Shown here one piece after another: positions 1-14,738 of a DNA stretch of 64,000 nucleotides. The notes beneath the pieces are model-generated. The model did not search any database and was not told the DNA's origin. It saw only the letters and a program-made list of their open reading frames with translations. Each line of letters opens with the position of its first letter. Positions within the stretch are counted from its first letter, which is position 1. Position numbers and translations under genes: made by a program. The stretch is from the human T2T-CHM13v2.0 reference genome, Homo sapiens. Where the stretch lies: assembly GCF_009914755.1 (NCBI RefSeq), contig NC_060939.1, one strand, 5' to 3'.

Positions 1-515
1 TCCAAAAAGTTTAGAGATGACTACAGAGAACATAACAGAAAGGTGATAAACCACAAATACCAAATTAAGGAAAATATCTCAAGTCAAAAGGAAAAGAAGA
101 GAATGTGTTGTCAAAGCTGAGGAAAGCTACCGTGGTAGGGCACAAAACTTCTCTGTGAGTTTCCTGATGGCTAAAGCAAAGAGAGAAGCTTGATTGTCTC
201 TCTTCAATGAAAGAAAACCTGTCCTCTCATAACGAGAGAAATTCTACTACCCTGGCTCTGTTCTGCCAAAAAAATAAAATAAAATAACAATAGCAGAAGG
301 CGGGGAACAAATTATATAACGGACCTTAGGCAATTCGTGTCTTCAATATAACCTAGATAATTGCTACTAGAAACTGACTGCGTCCATTGGCACCCCAGTT
401 ATTCAGGAACAACTTCTCTGATGAGAACAATTAGCTCTCTGCGGTATGGATTCATGGGGGTTGAGAATCCTCTTTGCTTCCCTCCCCTGGCCAGTTTATT
501 TGATTAAAGTCAAGA

Positions 516-732
516 CAGTATCAGCAAACTATGGACTCCAGGCCAAATTCAGCCAGCTTCTTGTTTTTGTACATAAAGTCTTCATTGGGACACGGCTTGC
601 TTATTTATTTACCTATGATCCATGGTTGCTTTCAAGCTACCATGGCAGATTCAAGCAACAGACACTGTATGGCCTGCAAAGTCTAAGATATTTACAATCG
701 GGTCCTTTACAGAAAAAAATTGTCCATTCCTG
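516..732 (+). mobile_element. MER58A-like hAT-Charlie non-autonomous DNA transposon
   Basis: Starts cagtatcagcaaactatgg..ggccaaattcagcc; internal tatggcctgcaaagtctaagatatttacaatc..cctttacagaaaaa; ends tccattcctg. Resembles the recalled MER58A consensus. Confidence 0.7.
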
Positions 733-3503
733 ATCTACAGAAGGACCTGAAAAAAAAAATCGGTCATCAGAACGATACTACCTGCTTAAATTCAGTTACC
801 CTTCGAGAGATCACCCACTAAGTCATTATTGGCCATTAAGAACTTCATGTAAATTAATCTTTGTCTAAATAACCAATTTTGCCGGCTACCTGAGTGAGGA
901 GAAAAAGGAAATGGGAGCCAGGGCAGGTAAGTTTTGTTTAGGAGCATGGTAAAAAGAAATGATTGAGAGCCTGAGGCGTTTGCAGGGTGGATGAGCCTGG
1001 TTGAGGTGTTGTAGTGGAGGGTTCCGGAAGACTGACAGGCAAAATGATGGCTGTAGATGGCATTGGGGTGAAGGGCGTGAGGTTGGGGGAAGCCATGGCG
1101 GGGGTAAAAGCACACGTGAAAGGGAAGTCAGGGATGCCCTTCCTTTCTGAATTTTACCTAAGACCAGCTCTATGGAGGTGCAGAATGTGGACCTGTACCG
1201 CTTTCACCGGTTTTCCAAGTGGCATAGGATGGTGCAGTCACTGTCCACTTAAAGGAAGCTGCCCAAAGAGAGAGGAGCTGAACTACCAAACATAGGAAGC
1301 TATTAATGAATATGGCAGCTTTAGGGTTCAACATGGGCTTGCAGATAACCTTCTGCTTATTTCTAAAACACATATATGGAATGTACCTACAAATGTCAGT
1401 AGAACTAGAAGGATGGTTTTATCCATTTGTACTCCACGTTAGGTCTAGCCCTCTTACCTGTGCTTTATTTGTAAAATTAACTAAAGATGCAAATTAAATT
1501 GAAAAATATAAAATGCAATTAAAAGAACTTTTCTACTAACATTTGAATGTACCATAAACTTTGAAAATTTTGGTTTGATGTTTTTCTTCTTAAAAATCAG
1601 GTAGAAAAGTTTATAATATTTAAAATATACATATATATATCTAACATTTCAACTGGAACTCTGTCTCTCTATCCGAGACCTTTTCGGCCTCCATACTCAG
1701 TGGGTTTAAAATGTGTGAAATATGCGGCATCACTTTCTGCAGTTAATCAGGGAGGGAGAAGAGTTGTATTTCCATGTATATATAGAATATCATGGGCATA
1801 TTATGTTTTTTTGCTAAACAAAACTTCCCACTGAAATAGATTTTTTTAATATGAAAATCATTACTTTTAAAAATTATCATCTTTATAAAAAGTACCTATT
1901 ATCGAAAATCCTTTTTCAATTTTAGTAAACCTAAAATTGAGTAATAAAAAAAGTAAAGACCCTGTTATAGAACTTAGTTGAAAATTAATGTGTTTATTGA
2001 GCTCTTCCTGTGCTGTCTGCCTTGCTAGCTGCTGGAGGAGATAAAAGTATAAGAAATTAGTCCTTCTCCCAGGGTCTTTCAAAATAGTAAGGGAAATCAG
2101 GCCAATGGAACTAAAACTAGAAAGGCAGTGATTACTAAATTGTGTAACACCTACTGTAAATTCAGTAGAAAACCAAGAGGATAACAATAGATTTGGGATA
2201 AAGCAGTTGGAAAAAATTATGTAGGACCCCAGACTAAGCATCATAATGAATAATAGAAACACACTAATAAACGGTGATTATTAATGATTCATATAATCTA
2301 CCCATTGTAGGAAAATGAATGAAATAGTTTAGAAATAAATAAATACTTTTCTCAAAAATGTTTTATTACTGAAAACAATTCTAAAACATAGTAAAGTGCA
2401 AAATACTGAATATTCTTTCTACATATTCAATTCTTAAACAAAAGAGATGGTATTTTCGACTCTCAGAAATACATTGAACTTAAGATGACATGAAAAACAA
2501 GATAATTTCTTAGTCAATAAGCTAAGATAATGCCATGCTAACATGGGTAATCTCTTTTTATCATGTTACTAATTCTGCAGCTTGAGGACAGGGATTTTGT
2601 TGTTTTGTTTTGTTAATTTCCATACACCGAGGAGCCTGGAACAGTCTCTGGCACAAAGTGGAAATGGTAAATATTTATTCATTTAATCAAGACAGGAGGG
2701 CATGTAAGAAGACAGGTCTATGAAACATAAGGCGCCCTAGAAATCCAGAATGAAAACGAAGGCAGATGAGCTGTCTTTTTCCTTCGATGAAACATTCTTT
2801 GTTCCAATTATCTCATTTTTTTCCAGATAAGTAGCATATATTGGTGTAGACTAGAGAAGGTATTACCATCCCCCTTCTAAACATTTAATACAGCGGGCTG
2901 ATGAACACAAATCACCTGTTTCTCATTTGATGCTTAATACAGAGTTCTATATATTATTCAACCCAATAGCTGTATTGAAGTATGAATTTTTGCATTCAAA
3001 AAGACAATCCATTTTTGGAAATCTAAGAGTTGTTTGACTATCCTTAACCATGAAAAGTATTAGTAAGACTAAGCTTTGAAATTGCATTATTATTTTTTTA
3101 AAATCTCCATTTACAAAGATATTAAATAAAAGCTTTCAACCTTCACTTTTGAACAGGAGACTAAGACATATTGTTTGGAAGGAGTGTCAAAGATTATACT
3201 TATGACCAATAGGAAATTGATGAACCAAAGAGGAAAAATATGGCACTGCAAAATACCTTGCACGATTCCGAAGGGAGAACAGAGCCCAAAGTTGAGAATG
3301 TGTCGAAGGGAAAGACCACAGCACAGTCAGTGCATCCCACTGATACAACCCCTGCTGACCTAGGGGCAGGTTTTAATCTTTACATCTAGTAGCATAAAGG
3401 AATAAAAGGCATTCACACATAGCAACTATTACTAGGAATGAAAGGACTGGAAAAGCAACTTGGATGCCCACATGTTACTTATACCATGTTGTGATTTTAT
3501 TTT

Positions 3504-3867
<364 letters not shown>

Positions 3868-6406
3868 TGATTTCTCACTGTTTAAGGTCTATGAAACCAA
3901 AGCCTTCTTCCTAGAAATATATTCCTCAGTGCAAGCAAAATAGAGAGTAATAGTTATTGTAAAGAAAAAATATTTTACATAGACTATTTTCATTTTAATG
4001 ATAAATTATACATTTAAAAATAACCAGCAAATGGAATAGTGAGTAAGATAGAATTAATGAGTTAAAAAGATTTTGGAATTTTCTTAGTTATTTGTAATAC
4101 ACAAGATTGTCAAAAGTTATTTACTTATCCTGTATTATAGAAAAAGCTTAGCCTCATGGAAAGTCATCTGATTAAGAAACGTGCATCTTTTACTAGATCC
4201 AATGTTCTCAGAAGTAAACCATGATTCTTGCCACAAACTCCCAAGTGTGTTCGAGTCAAAGATTTCTATTTTATGAAAAGTGTACAAAACTGGATTTCAA
4301 AAAATTCATGTCAATTGAGTGCAGTAAAAGCTGTATGTTATGCCACAGACATTCTATTAAAATGTCTAAATAGGACCATTTCTTAATATTTGTTTATTCC
4401 TATTTTAGTACGAGAAGATTCAATTAGTGCATTCCACTAATTTACAAAGAACTTGGAAATTTCAACAGCTTCAGCTTCTTCCTTTATTTTTTCTACAAAG
4501 TTTTATCTTTTTTTTCCTTCTTAAGCAAAGTGTTATGTGACCAAAACAAGAAGGCTTCCATGAACTTTGTCTAGAGATATTAACCAGCTGAAACAGCTAT
4601 CTGACCAAGTTAGAAATATGCAGATAATGAAGATGTCACTTAAAATATACACACATTTGGGATATGCAAAGAAAAGTAGTATGCGTATAGCAATGATATC
4701 TTTGATCACGGAAAGAACTCAGAAATACAGGAACTGTGTCGAGGGTGGTTATCATCAGCCCATTTTCTATTCCCATGCACAAATCATTTCATGCATTCTA
4801 CAACCCAAGCCCCGATGTTGGGCTTCAAAAGCAATTTCAGCAGCAAAATAAGGTGCTTTTCTTCAATTTTCAAGCCATTTGTATGAGGTTAGTGTTGTTT
4901 ACCCACCTGGTACACTGATATTTACATACCCCTTTAAAGAAAATTGGTAGGTATGATTTATGGAGTACTGTAAGAGCACAATTTTCCATGTAGTGCACCT
5001 AATCTGAAAGGGCACTTGCAAAGGTCATTCTGGCCATACAAATACCAAGTCTTCTCTTTGGAATAAGTTAGGATATTCATTTTTCTTGGAAAATGTCAGC
5101 AGTACCCTACTCCAGGGGCTAGTTTATGCAGATAAATGCGTAAGCCTTTAATCTTAGAGCAAAAATACTCTACACAAATGTAAAAGCAGTCCATCTATCA
5201 CTGTTAAGAACTGTAATTTGTTTTTATTTAAATCTCAAGCCAGGGCAGAGTGGGCAACAGGACCGTCAACATGGTATCTCACACATAAGCTGAGATCAAG
5301 TCACGTAAACACGCTGAGACGCTCAACCCAGGTGGCTGGCACAGCGTGGGGCTCACCCAGCCAGGACTGCTCTTTCTGGCTGCCTCTGCTTGCTCCTTTT
5401 GCAGCTAGAGGCTTCCTGTTCAACCCAGTGCATGGGAAATTGCCCAATAAGTTGACTCTCCCAACTGGCGTTTTCTCTGCCAGTGAAAAGCATTAGTCAA
5501 AATTGAGGTACATAAAACATTATTACTTACTGTTATTATTATTATTAACTTGAGGGTTCACTTCAATCCAAGGAGAGAAAAACCAACAAATTATGCCCTT
5601 TGTGAATTTACTTTCTTTTCCCAGAAGAACAACCCTGTTTAGAGATAATCTCTCACAAGTAGTCATACTTCCCATAAGTAGATACTTCCCATAAGTAGTC
5701 ATCCCCAATCCTGAGATCTTTACCTTTGCAACTGACTAGAGAAAGAATGTGCAGTCAGTTGTGTTTAATACAAAGCTGCCTGTTGCATATTCTTGCCTTC
5801 TTTTCCTGCTGTACATAAGCTATTCTTGGAACTTGAGCTTCATCCCAAATCGTGGTTCTTTGAAAAACATTTTCTAATATTACATTTAGGAGATGTGAAT
5901 AAGAGGTAAAATATGATTATAAAATGTTTGCCTGTATGTCTACAGAGGAGAGAAGGTGGGAATGCAGGAAAAGATAATGTGTCTGTTTACCCAGATGAGA
6001 TTTCGTAAATGACCATTTGGAGTTTGCTGCCTAGTGGCTGGCCCTCAAAGGGTTTGTGTTTGAGTTAGTTCCAACAGCTGACATTGATTTCACCATATCT
6101 ATATTGTCAGAGTAAAAGGAAATTACAACCATCTATGCAAAAGACGCCCTTTTGAAAATGTGGATGTCAGTGTGGAGATACAATGCAATATGATAATAAC
6201 AGCTGACACTATTTTATGTTTCTCTAGGAGGGAACGTGAAACAATGTACCACCTGAATTGGATTTGGGCATTATGCCAAAAATATGTATTCTTCTGATTT
6301 TTAAGGATTTAAATAGGAGGATGATTTGATCAATGTATGTAGTACTATTTGTGCAAAGCTGAGCACAGTGATAGTAAATAAAATTTAAATATAGATTTAA
6401 AAATGA

Positions 6407-6730
<324 letters not shown>

Positions 6731-6904
6731 TCACCTAGGGGAAAATTATAATGTGTCAATAGCAAAGAATCTCTAATTTCTGGGTGATAAAATTAAGCAC
6801 AAATTCTCCAGCTCATCATGTCAAGCATTTTGGTAAAGGCAGTACCCCTTGTAGTAAAGGCAAAAGATTTAGTACAGCCACTATCCCTGAACCCACAGCA
6901 CATG

Positions 6905-8390
6905 CTATACTTCTGCACTTCCAACTCCTATCTCTAACTGCCTCTTTGGCACCCCTGCTTTAATGTTTAATAAGCAACTCAAACTTGTCACATCCAAAAA
7001 CAAACTCAGTCTTTGGCCCACCACTTCCAAATTTGCTCCGGCCACTCTCTTCCCCACCTCAGTGATTGCCCACTCACCATCCCTCCTGTTGCTCAGACCA
7101 AGAGCCTGTGAGCCAGCCTTATCTCTTTTCTTCCTCTCATGCTCCACAATCCCATTAATCAGCAAATCCTGTTGGCTTGTATTTCAGTCTGATTGCTTCT
7201 AGAAATTCTGTGGTTTCAGGCAGCGTAGATGGAATTAGAGAATACTAAGCTAGGTGAAATAAGCCAGGCACAGGAAGTCAAACACTGCATGTCCTCCCTT
7301 ACACGTGGATTTGAAGACAATCAAACCCAGAGAAGCAGAGGGTAGAGGGCAGGTGACAGAGTCCCGGGGTTGTAAAAAGCAGATGATGCTCAAAGGGCAC
7401 AAAATCCCAGACAGGAGGAATATGTGGGATTTCTTTTTTTAATTTAATTGAACAGCCTAGTCAATACAGTTAATAAATAGAGTATGGTACATTTCAAAAT
7501 TTTGAAGAGAGTAAATTTCAAATGTTCTCAGCCCACAAAAATGTTAAGTATATGAGGTGATGGATATGTTAACTAGCTTTATTTAATGCTTCCATATTGT
7601 ATTCATCATTCCATACTCCATAAACGTATACAATCATAAATAGTCAATTTTATAATAAAACAATGACTTAAAAAACCTGCTCCCTGGTAACCGTCATTAT
7701 AGCTGCCATCCTGGTCCAAGTCCCACCTAGGCTCCCTAAATAATTTTCAGTAATTTCTACCTTTGTTCTCTACAATTTCTTATTATCACAGCTACAGGAG
7801 GGAGTCTTTTGCATTGTCCATGAGATGAGATGAGGCCACTCCTTTGCTCTAAATTCTTCAGTGGTTTCCTCAAAAATTTCCACAGGGCTCCAGATCTCTA
7901 AACGCTCTGACTGCCCCTCCCCACCTCTCCCCATCTCAACTCCCGGCCGTCAGCTCCTTGCCCACTTTATCCAAATCACCCCATCTCCTGGCACTTCCCC
8001 AAAGGTGCCTCAGGACTTTCCCCTGGCTGTTTCTTCTGCCTACAATCCCCTCTCCCTGGATGAAAACATAAGCGGGGCCTCATCTCCTTCAGGTCTTTCC
8101 TCAAAACTCTCTGCCTGGGTCCCTGTCTGTGGCTCCCCAGTCCCCCTACCCTTCTGCTATCCCCATCGCCCTTCTCCACGTATTTTATTCCCACAGCACT
8201 CATCACCATCTGACACAGCATATGTTTTACTCACTTTATTGTTTACTGCCTATCTCCCCCCCGGGAAAATATAAATCCCCAAGACCCGGGATTTCTGCCT
8301 ATTTTGCTTACTGCTGCAACCTCAGTGCCTAGACAAATGTTTAGCACGAGGTAGGACTTCAAATGTAAATATTTGGCAGTTGAACAGACA
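6905..8390 (+). mobile_element. L2 LINE remnant interrupted by an old L1 3' end (~7225-7672)
   Basis: L2-like blocks (aactcaaacttgtcacatccaaaa, cactcctttgctctaaa, ctcagtgcctagac..aaatatttg) split by L1M-type 3' UTR sequence (ctaggtgaaataagccaggcacag, atgaggtgatggatatgttaactagctt). Confidence 0.65.
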
Positions 8391-9193
8391 AACGTCTTTA
8401 ACTATCTGTGAGTTGCCAATAATTTTATAGCTTGTGATCTTTTTTACCTACAGAGCTTCCCCTGGAATGTAGACGCTTCAGGCCCACACAGTGGTCTCTA
8501 CATATTCATATCTCCTTAATGAAACTTATGAACTATGTGGGAAATGAGAGGCCAGGAATAGCCTCATATTAATTTGTTCAGGCCAAGTTGGGTTACAGTC
8601 ATAACTGATTGAGGTCTTGACCTTGAGTGAGAAAGACCCTGAGGGTTAAGAACCCAGAGGAGAGAGAGAGCAGGAAAATGTGGGTTTAAATCCCACCTCT
8701 GCTGTTTACAGTTGTATAGTCTCATGGGAATAAGTGAGTTTTTGGCCCTCAGCTTTCCAATCCATGACATGGAGGTGGCAACAATAGTACCCTCTCACAG
8801 ATCTGTAGTGCAGATGACATCAGATAATGTTGAAATCTGTATAAATTCAGTAGGTTGTGCTGTCACGGTTTCCACTGAAATCATAGTAGGCCACATGTTG
8901 TCTTTCGCGTCATGTACGATTTGGAAAATGTACACATGGCATTGCATGGTTCCTGCCATGTTGTAGGCAGCAGATCCGTAGTGACCACGATTACTGCACA
9001 TATTTGAATTTTGCCTGAATCCCTGGCTCAAAGAAACATCATCTCCATCCAGAGTATTTAGAATAATAAAATTAAATTCCCCTCTCATTACACGTGCTGT
9101 AGTTTTAAATGTATCACACGTGCTGTAGTTTATAACCACCCAGGTTATAAAATTAGACACAAAAGGATTCCACTGGATCATTTCAGTCTAAGG

Positions 9194-9498
9194 CAGGGGT
9201 CAGCAATTATGGGCCACAGCCAAATACCACCCACCACCTGTTTGCCTACAGCCTGAGAGCAATACATGTCAGAAAAAATAAAAATAAAAAAGATACAATT
9301 TTGTGACATGTAAACATTATATGCCATAGAAATTCCAGTGTCCATTAATAAACATTTATCAGAACACAGCCATGCTGAGTCCTTCACATATTGTCCCTGG
9401 CTCCTTTTGTGCTACTTGGGTAGAGTTGAGTAGTCGAGACAGATGACTCATGGCTCACAAAGACCAACATATTTACTGAAAAAGCTGGCCAACTCCTG
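9194..9498 (+). mobile_element. MER58B-like hAT-Charlie DNA transposon
   Basis: Terminal inverted repeats caggggtcagc...gccaactcctg; internal gtgtccattaataaacatttatcagaacacagccatgc. Confidence 0.7.
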
Positions 9499-11099
9499 GC
9501 CTAAGAAACCTACTACCTCAATTTAATGATAAACCTGGGTTGGTTTCTATTGATTGAGTAGCCAAAAGCAGTTGATGTGGGCAAAGTCCTACACGTGGGA
9601 CGGCCACTGCTTGGAATTACTGCTAAGTAGGTTACATGTGTGTCCAGGCAGAAAGATATTCACAGAAACATGGCTTCACCGTGTTTTGGATGTTCTTTAT
9701 TTCTCCTTCGCCTCCTGAATAAAATGGTAGACTACATTTTATGTCTTCTGTAAAGAAAGCCTACTGTGGGCTCAACAGCTTACTCTTTATCTCACATTGC
9801 CTTTAAGCAAGGTCCTGTGTTCCATGTCAAGATAGAATTTGGCCTAAACACTTAGTGCTTTCCCTGAATGCTTTATTTGAATTAGTTTCCCCTTCCTTCG
9901 GAATTGTGCCTACTTTCCCACGAGCATGCTTTTCCTGAGATGTCAAGGTCTACTAAATTTGGGCTCTACAAAGCCTTACTTTGACTAAATCTTTTTCTTT
10001 TCTTCTTTTCCCTTCATTGCCCTGACTAATTTGAAGCTACCATTTCCCTTCAATTGACAATTCATTAAAACAGAAGATCACAGTGCTTTTGTTTGTGCAA
10101 AGGGTGTGGGTGTGTGCAAGACAGCTTTTGGGAGAGCACTGGGAACTTCAACACATGTGCAGGTCTGACTTCAGAGCCCTTAACTGTGCGACATCTTTCT
10201 CTTGACCTTCGGTGGGGGGCTTCCCATGGATACAGCTGCTGGGCTTCAGGCCCGGAGTCCACTCCTCTGCTGAAAGGCTCTTGATTGGGTGATGAGAAAA
10301 TGGCTTGAGGACCCACGAAGTTTGCTTTCCTCTATTGTGAGTCCTGTGACAGCAAGGAAATACCAGCTCCACTTTCCCAGCTTCTTCTTGAAAAGGGCCC
10401 TTGCAGCCGGAGGACTGGCATTTCCCTGCATTTCTAGTTTAATTAATGTCCAGGAGATGAACTTTGATTCCACCCACAGCAGCGTAAATTAGATGGAATG
10501 AAACGCAGTACTCCTTTTCATTTCTGCTATTTTTACTACATGGCCATCCTTTTCTCCCTCACATAATACAAACATGTAGTGGAATTCTAGACTGTATCCA
10601 AGCATGAAACATAGGACCACATAAAAATCTGCAATCTGATGCCAGTCCTCTGAAATCTGGCCTCCTCCGTGTTCCTAGACATCCCTATCACTGTCTGTGT
10701 TAGGAGACTGCTCCATGAAGTATAGACCATTAGAAGCTTGAAGGCGGGGCGCTACGGTGTTTTGTGCTGGGCAATTCAAGTTTGGGGAGCAGTGCTATGG
10801 TCCTGGTTAAAGACTGCTGGCCTTGGGATATACAAAGGCAGTAGATACATGGGTGTAGTCTCCTGCTGACAGCAGAGAGCAGCTCCTTGATTCTCCCTAA
10901 CCTGTCTCACTTCTAATTCCCTGCCATTGCAAGGGAGAGGGTATCCTCTGAGGCTTCAGTGCCATCACCCTAGGGGTTGGCTCCTTCCTCCAGTTCAGTA
11001 AGAAAACATACATGTGAAAGAAGAGAAATGATGAGTCCGAGGCCACATACAGGTTCTGAGCTTCTGCTGGGGAGGCTGTTTTCTGCACTGGTTCATGGG

Positions 11100-11315
11100 A
11101 GTGCTTGAGTCAGACTCACCATTTATCAGCTCTGTGATTTTAGGCAACTTACTTAACCTCTCTGAGTCTCACTTTTCCTCAACTATGGAAGGGGGATGAT
11201 AATTGTCCCTACTTCATAGGCCCTTGGTAAAGACTCAATGAGACAGACCATGTAAACAGCCTTAAATAGCCACAGATCTTAGCTACTGAGTAGCAAATCT
11301 AATTGCTCAATAAGG
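11100..11315 (+). mobile_element. MIR SINE
   Basis: MIR core: ggcaacttacttaacctctctgagtctcacttttcctcaactatggaaggggg. Confidence 0.7.
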
Positions 11316-14297
11316 ATTGGATTTGGCTGTTGCTGCTGTGATGATGATGAATACAGGCCAGCACTTCATGTCCTTGACAAAGAAGAGTCTCCTCACCTCC
11401 AAGGACCTCTTAAGAATTTAGTCTTTAGCATCATAAAAAAAATGAGAATAAAAGTAGTGAATCAACTGATTTTAGGTGGGGAGTAAGGCTGATTGTGAAT
11501 TTCTTAAGTGCCAACAAGGATGTTCCTGCTGTTAAATTTGCCAAAGTGCTCTGAGGTTGTTTTCACAGAATCATGACATTCAGAGTCCCAGAAGCAGCAG
11601 TGCCACTGAGACTGTCCAGTCTGGTCCTGGGGCAGTTCTAAGTGTTTTAAAATGGCTGCTGACCAATTAGGGAATGACCAGAGAAAGTTGACAGGAAATC
11701 AAGGAGGCATTGAGGAGCTACATCTAATGGGAAGCGAAGGACTGAATGGGACTCTGTTTCCCCTGGGCCAAGAAGACTAAGTGACAAGTGGTTGCCGTCA
11801 GGAAAAGGGCCAATGGTTTGCACTTTGTCTACCTTCAGAACAGCCTAGCACCACTCAGGAGAGATTTCAAAGAGAAAGTTTTGAGCCCAGATTTAGAATT
11901 AATTTTTGAATCAATGGGTTTGCCTCTTAGTAAAATTTCCCTTGGTGTGGACTAGTAGAATTCTCCTCATTGGAAGGCCTGTCTTTCTGGGAGGTCTTTG
12001 GAGGCCATCCTTGGCAACTGGGAGGTTAGACTAACTGGTTTCTGAGATCCTTCCCTGATCTAAATTCTGAGAAGGATTTTTTTTTTCTTGTTTCAGGGAG
12101 AGGCTTATGTATATAGGCTTTGTGCATTAAACTATTCTCTCTTTTCTATAGTGTCTAGATTTACTCGGTGGGCCTGAAATATAGATTTCTGTGCCATGCC
12201 TATCAAAGCAGCAGCTTTTCCACTAGGGGATGTTCTTTGGAGAATTAGAAGCATTAACAATGCATATTCCCCCATCTAAGAAAAAAAAAAAATCCCTATG
12301 TACTTCAAAAGCAAAATAAGGGAAAGGATTCATATGGAAATCCCAGTCTTTGAAAGTGAAGTGTGACAGCCACTTCACATTGTTGCCACATAGTCACCCA
12401 AAGTAGTGCAAACTGGATGAGCTTCCAAACAGGCGGTTAGTTTGCCATTGAAGCATGACCAATGCCTCAGCTAAAACAAGCAAACAAGCGGCTGAACATG
12501 TTAACATAATTTTCTATCATTTCCATTTGATGTGGATTGGGTGGAAAATCTGGGATGCAAGCCATGATGTAGATTTTCAAAATTGATTAGCATTTTTTGG
12601 ACATTGGCAGCCATATCTGCAGCATTTCAACATGAGTTGAAGTTGATTAGTGCTTTTAAAAAAATGTGTACCAAGTTGCTGTGCAAATTGAGGTAGTTCC
12701 AAGCATAGGATGATGACAGGCTAAAGGCATATGATAGAATATGAGATCTATGTGCTGAAGGCCACTCTAGTGAGATGAGCTCTTGGAGAGAGGGTGTAAA
12801 TGGTTCTGTGCAGTTTTAGATTAGCTGCTGGTACTTGTCCAACACTCAGACTCTACTTGTGACAATGTGTAAAATGGGTTGCATGCTCGTAGTAGAAAGG
12901 TTGTTTGGTTGTCATAACATTAATCACAGATAAACTCATTTCAGTTGTTAATGTAGAGTCACTATGTAATTTTGCAGAAATTCCATTGTAAACTTCTTGA
13001 TGTCCACTCTCTCTAAAGTTTCAGTGGCTTTAAGAATTGTCATGGCAAATATTCAACCAATCTCAAATGACTCCTAGTAGGAATGATAAATGGATTGCAG
13101 TTTTGCAATTTCTTGATTCCCTTCTGGTTTGTCATACAAAAACACAATTCTCAGAGCCACTGTGTTCCTTTTCTGTTATCAAACACAGACAGAAAGTTAA
13201 AAAGTGAGTCATAGCAGGGCGCATCTCAGAATGAGGACCTTCAAAGGTCAGCTTTTCTTGCTTGTCAATAGTTGACATTTAAGCATTTATTTCAGACATT
13301 GCTGATAATGTTTTTTGAGATAGTCAAGAAGAATTGCTGTGTTGGTATGCAATTATGTTCATAATGAGATGCAAAAATGCAAATATGGTGGTACGTGCCA
13401 GTTCTTTGGAGTGCCTTTTGTCAGAACTGCAGGCACCATGAGACTTTGATAGATACCATGTCACTAGGCAGAGTTAGAGAGCTGATAGCTCTTAAAGAAG
13501 CATCTATAACATGATATCTCTAGATGCTAATTAGCAAGAACCTTGAGCGGTGATGAATGTAGAGGTCATTTGTTTTTTCTTGCTAAATTCTGACAACTTC
13601 ATTGAACCAATTGTATCAATAGGATTTTGTCGGTAGATGCAGCAAGCATCTTTATCCTTTCTTATTTAATGTGCCATATTAAATACATTGTATATTCATA
13701 AGTGCCGCTATTAGAAGGCTACCTTGCATGATTGATGTTTTAAAGTTCATTTGAAATGTAAATAAACCCATTAACTGACTTCATCAAGAACTTAAAAACT
13801 ATATAACATATTTCAATATATTATTTCCATCTTTGCATTTTATGGTTTTGTAAATAAAAAGAAAATAAAAAGGTTATGTCAATGATGGTTTGAAACTTAT
13901 CACAAATTATGAGCTATTCTATTTGTTAATCCATTATGATTTTCAAAAAAACCACAATGTAATTATAGCCATCAAAATGGGATAATGAAGAGGAAAAAGC
14001 AAACTTTCGTTTCTAGAACTTCCTTTTCCACAAGCAAAGTATTTATCCTGAATTCCTACAATGGCCACAGGAAGTGATAGCATGGAGAAATGAAGGACCT
14101 TGACTATTTAGAGAGAGATGAGAGCCAAGGCACGTGTTCAGCAAACATTCCGCGAATGTCTGCTGGGGCCATGCTCTAGTTAGATATGGGTGAATGCAGC
14201 ACAGCACTTCCCTCAAGAGCCTGAGTGTGTAACAGGGCACTCATAGGAAAATGAACAGTTACAAAATGAGGAACACCACATAGAAATATATGCAAGG

Positions 14298-14578
14298 GGC
14301 GGGGCGCCGTGGCTCATGCTGGTAACCCCAGAACTTTGGGAGGCCAAGGCAGGCAGATCACAAGGTCAGGAGATAGAGACCCTGCTGGCCAACATGGTGA
14401 AATCCTGTCTCTACTAAAAATATAAAAAAATTAGCCGGGTGTGGTGGCATGCACCTGTAGTCCTAGCTACTCAGGAGGCTGAGGCAGGAGAATTGCTTGA
14501 ACCCGGGAGGTGGACGTTGCAGTGAGCTAAGATCAACCCACTGCCCTCCAGCCTGGTTGACAGAGCGAGACTCTGTCT

Positions 14579-14620
<42 letters not shown>
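14298..14620 (+). mobile_element. Alu (AluS-type) with ~40-nt pure poly(A) tail
   Basis: Full Alu dimer; TSD agaaatatatgcaagg (14282-14297) / agaaatacatgcaagg (14622-14637). Confidence 0.95.
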
Positions 14621-14626
<6 letters not shown>

Positions 14627-14653
14627 TACATGCAAGGAGGCAAGGAGGCAAGG

Positions 14654-14738
14654 AGTGAGCTGAGATCGCGCCATTGCACTCCAGCCTGGGTGACAGAGCG
14701 AGACTCCATCTCAAAAAAAAAAAAAGAAAAAGAAAAAA
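14654..14738 (+). mobile_element. 5'-truncated Alu 3' fragment
   Basis: agtgagctgagatcgcgccattgcactccagcctgggtgacagagcgagactccatctc plus A-tail, followed by a third TSD copy (14739-14754). Confidence 0.9.

Noticed and set aside
5657-5702. Short tandem duplication (aagtag..atacttcccat), and acacgtgctgtagttt x2 at ~9090-9131
   Set aside because: Ordinary slippage duplications with no repeat-spacer (CRISPR-like) structure.
12300-13780. Possible ancient hAT transposase remnant on the minus strand (faint NQLQL and TRW-like fragments)
   Set aside because: Too degenerate to support by eye; needs a Dfam/RepeatMasker search.
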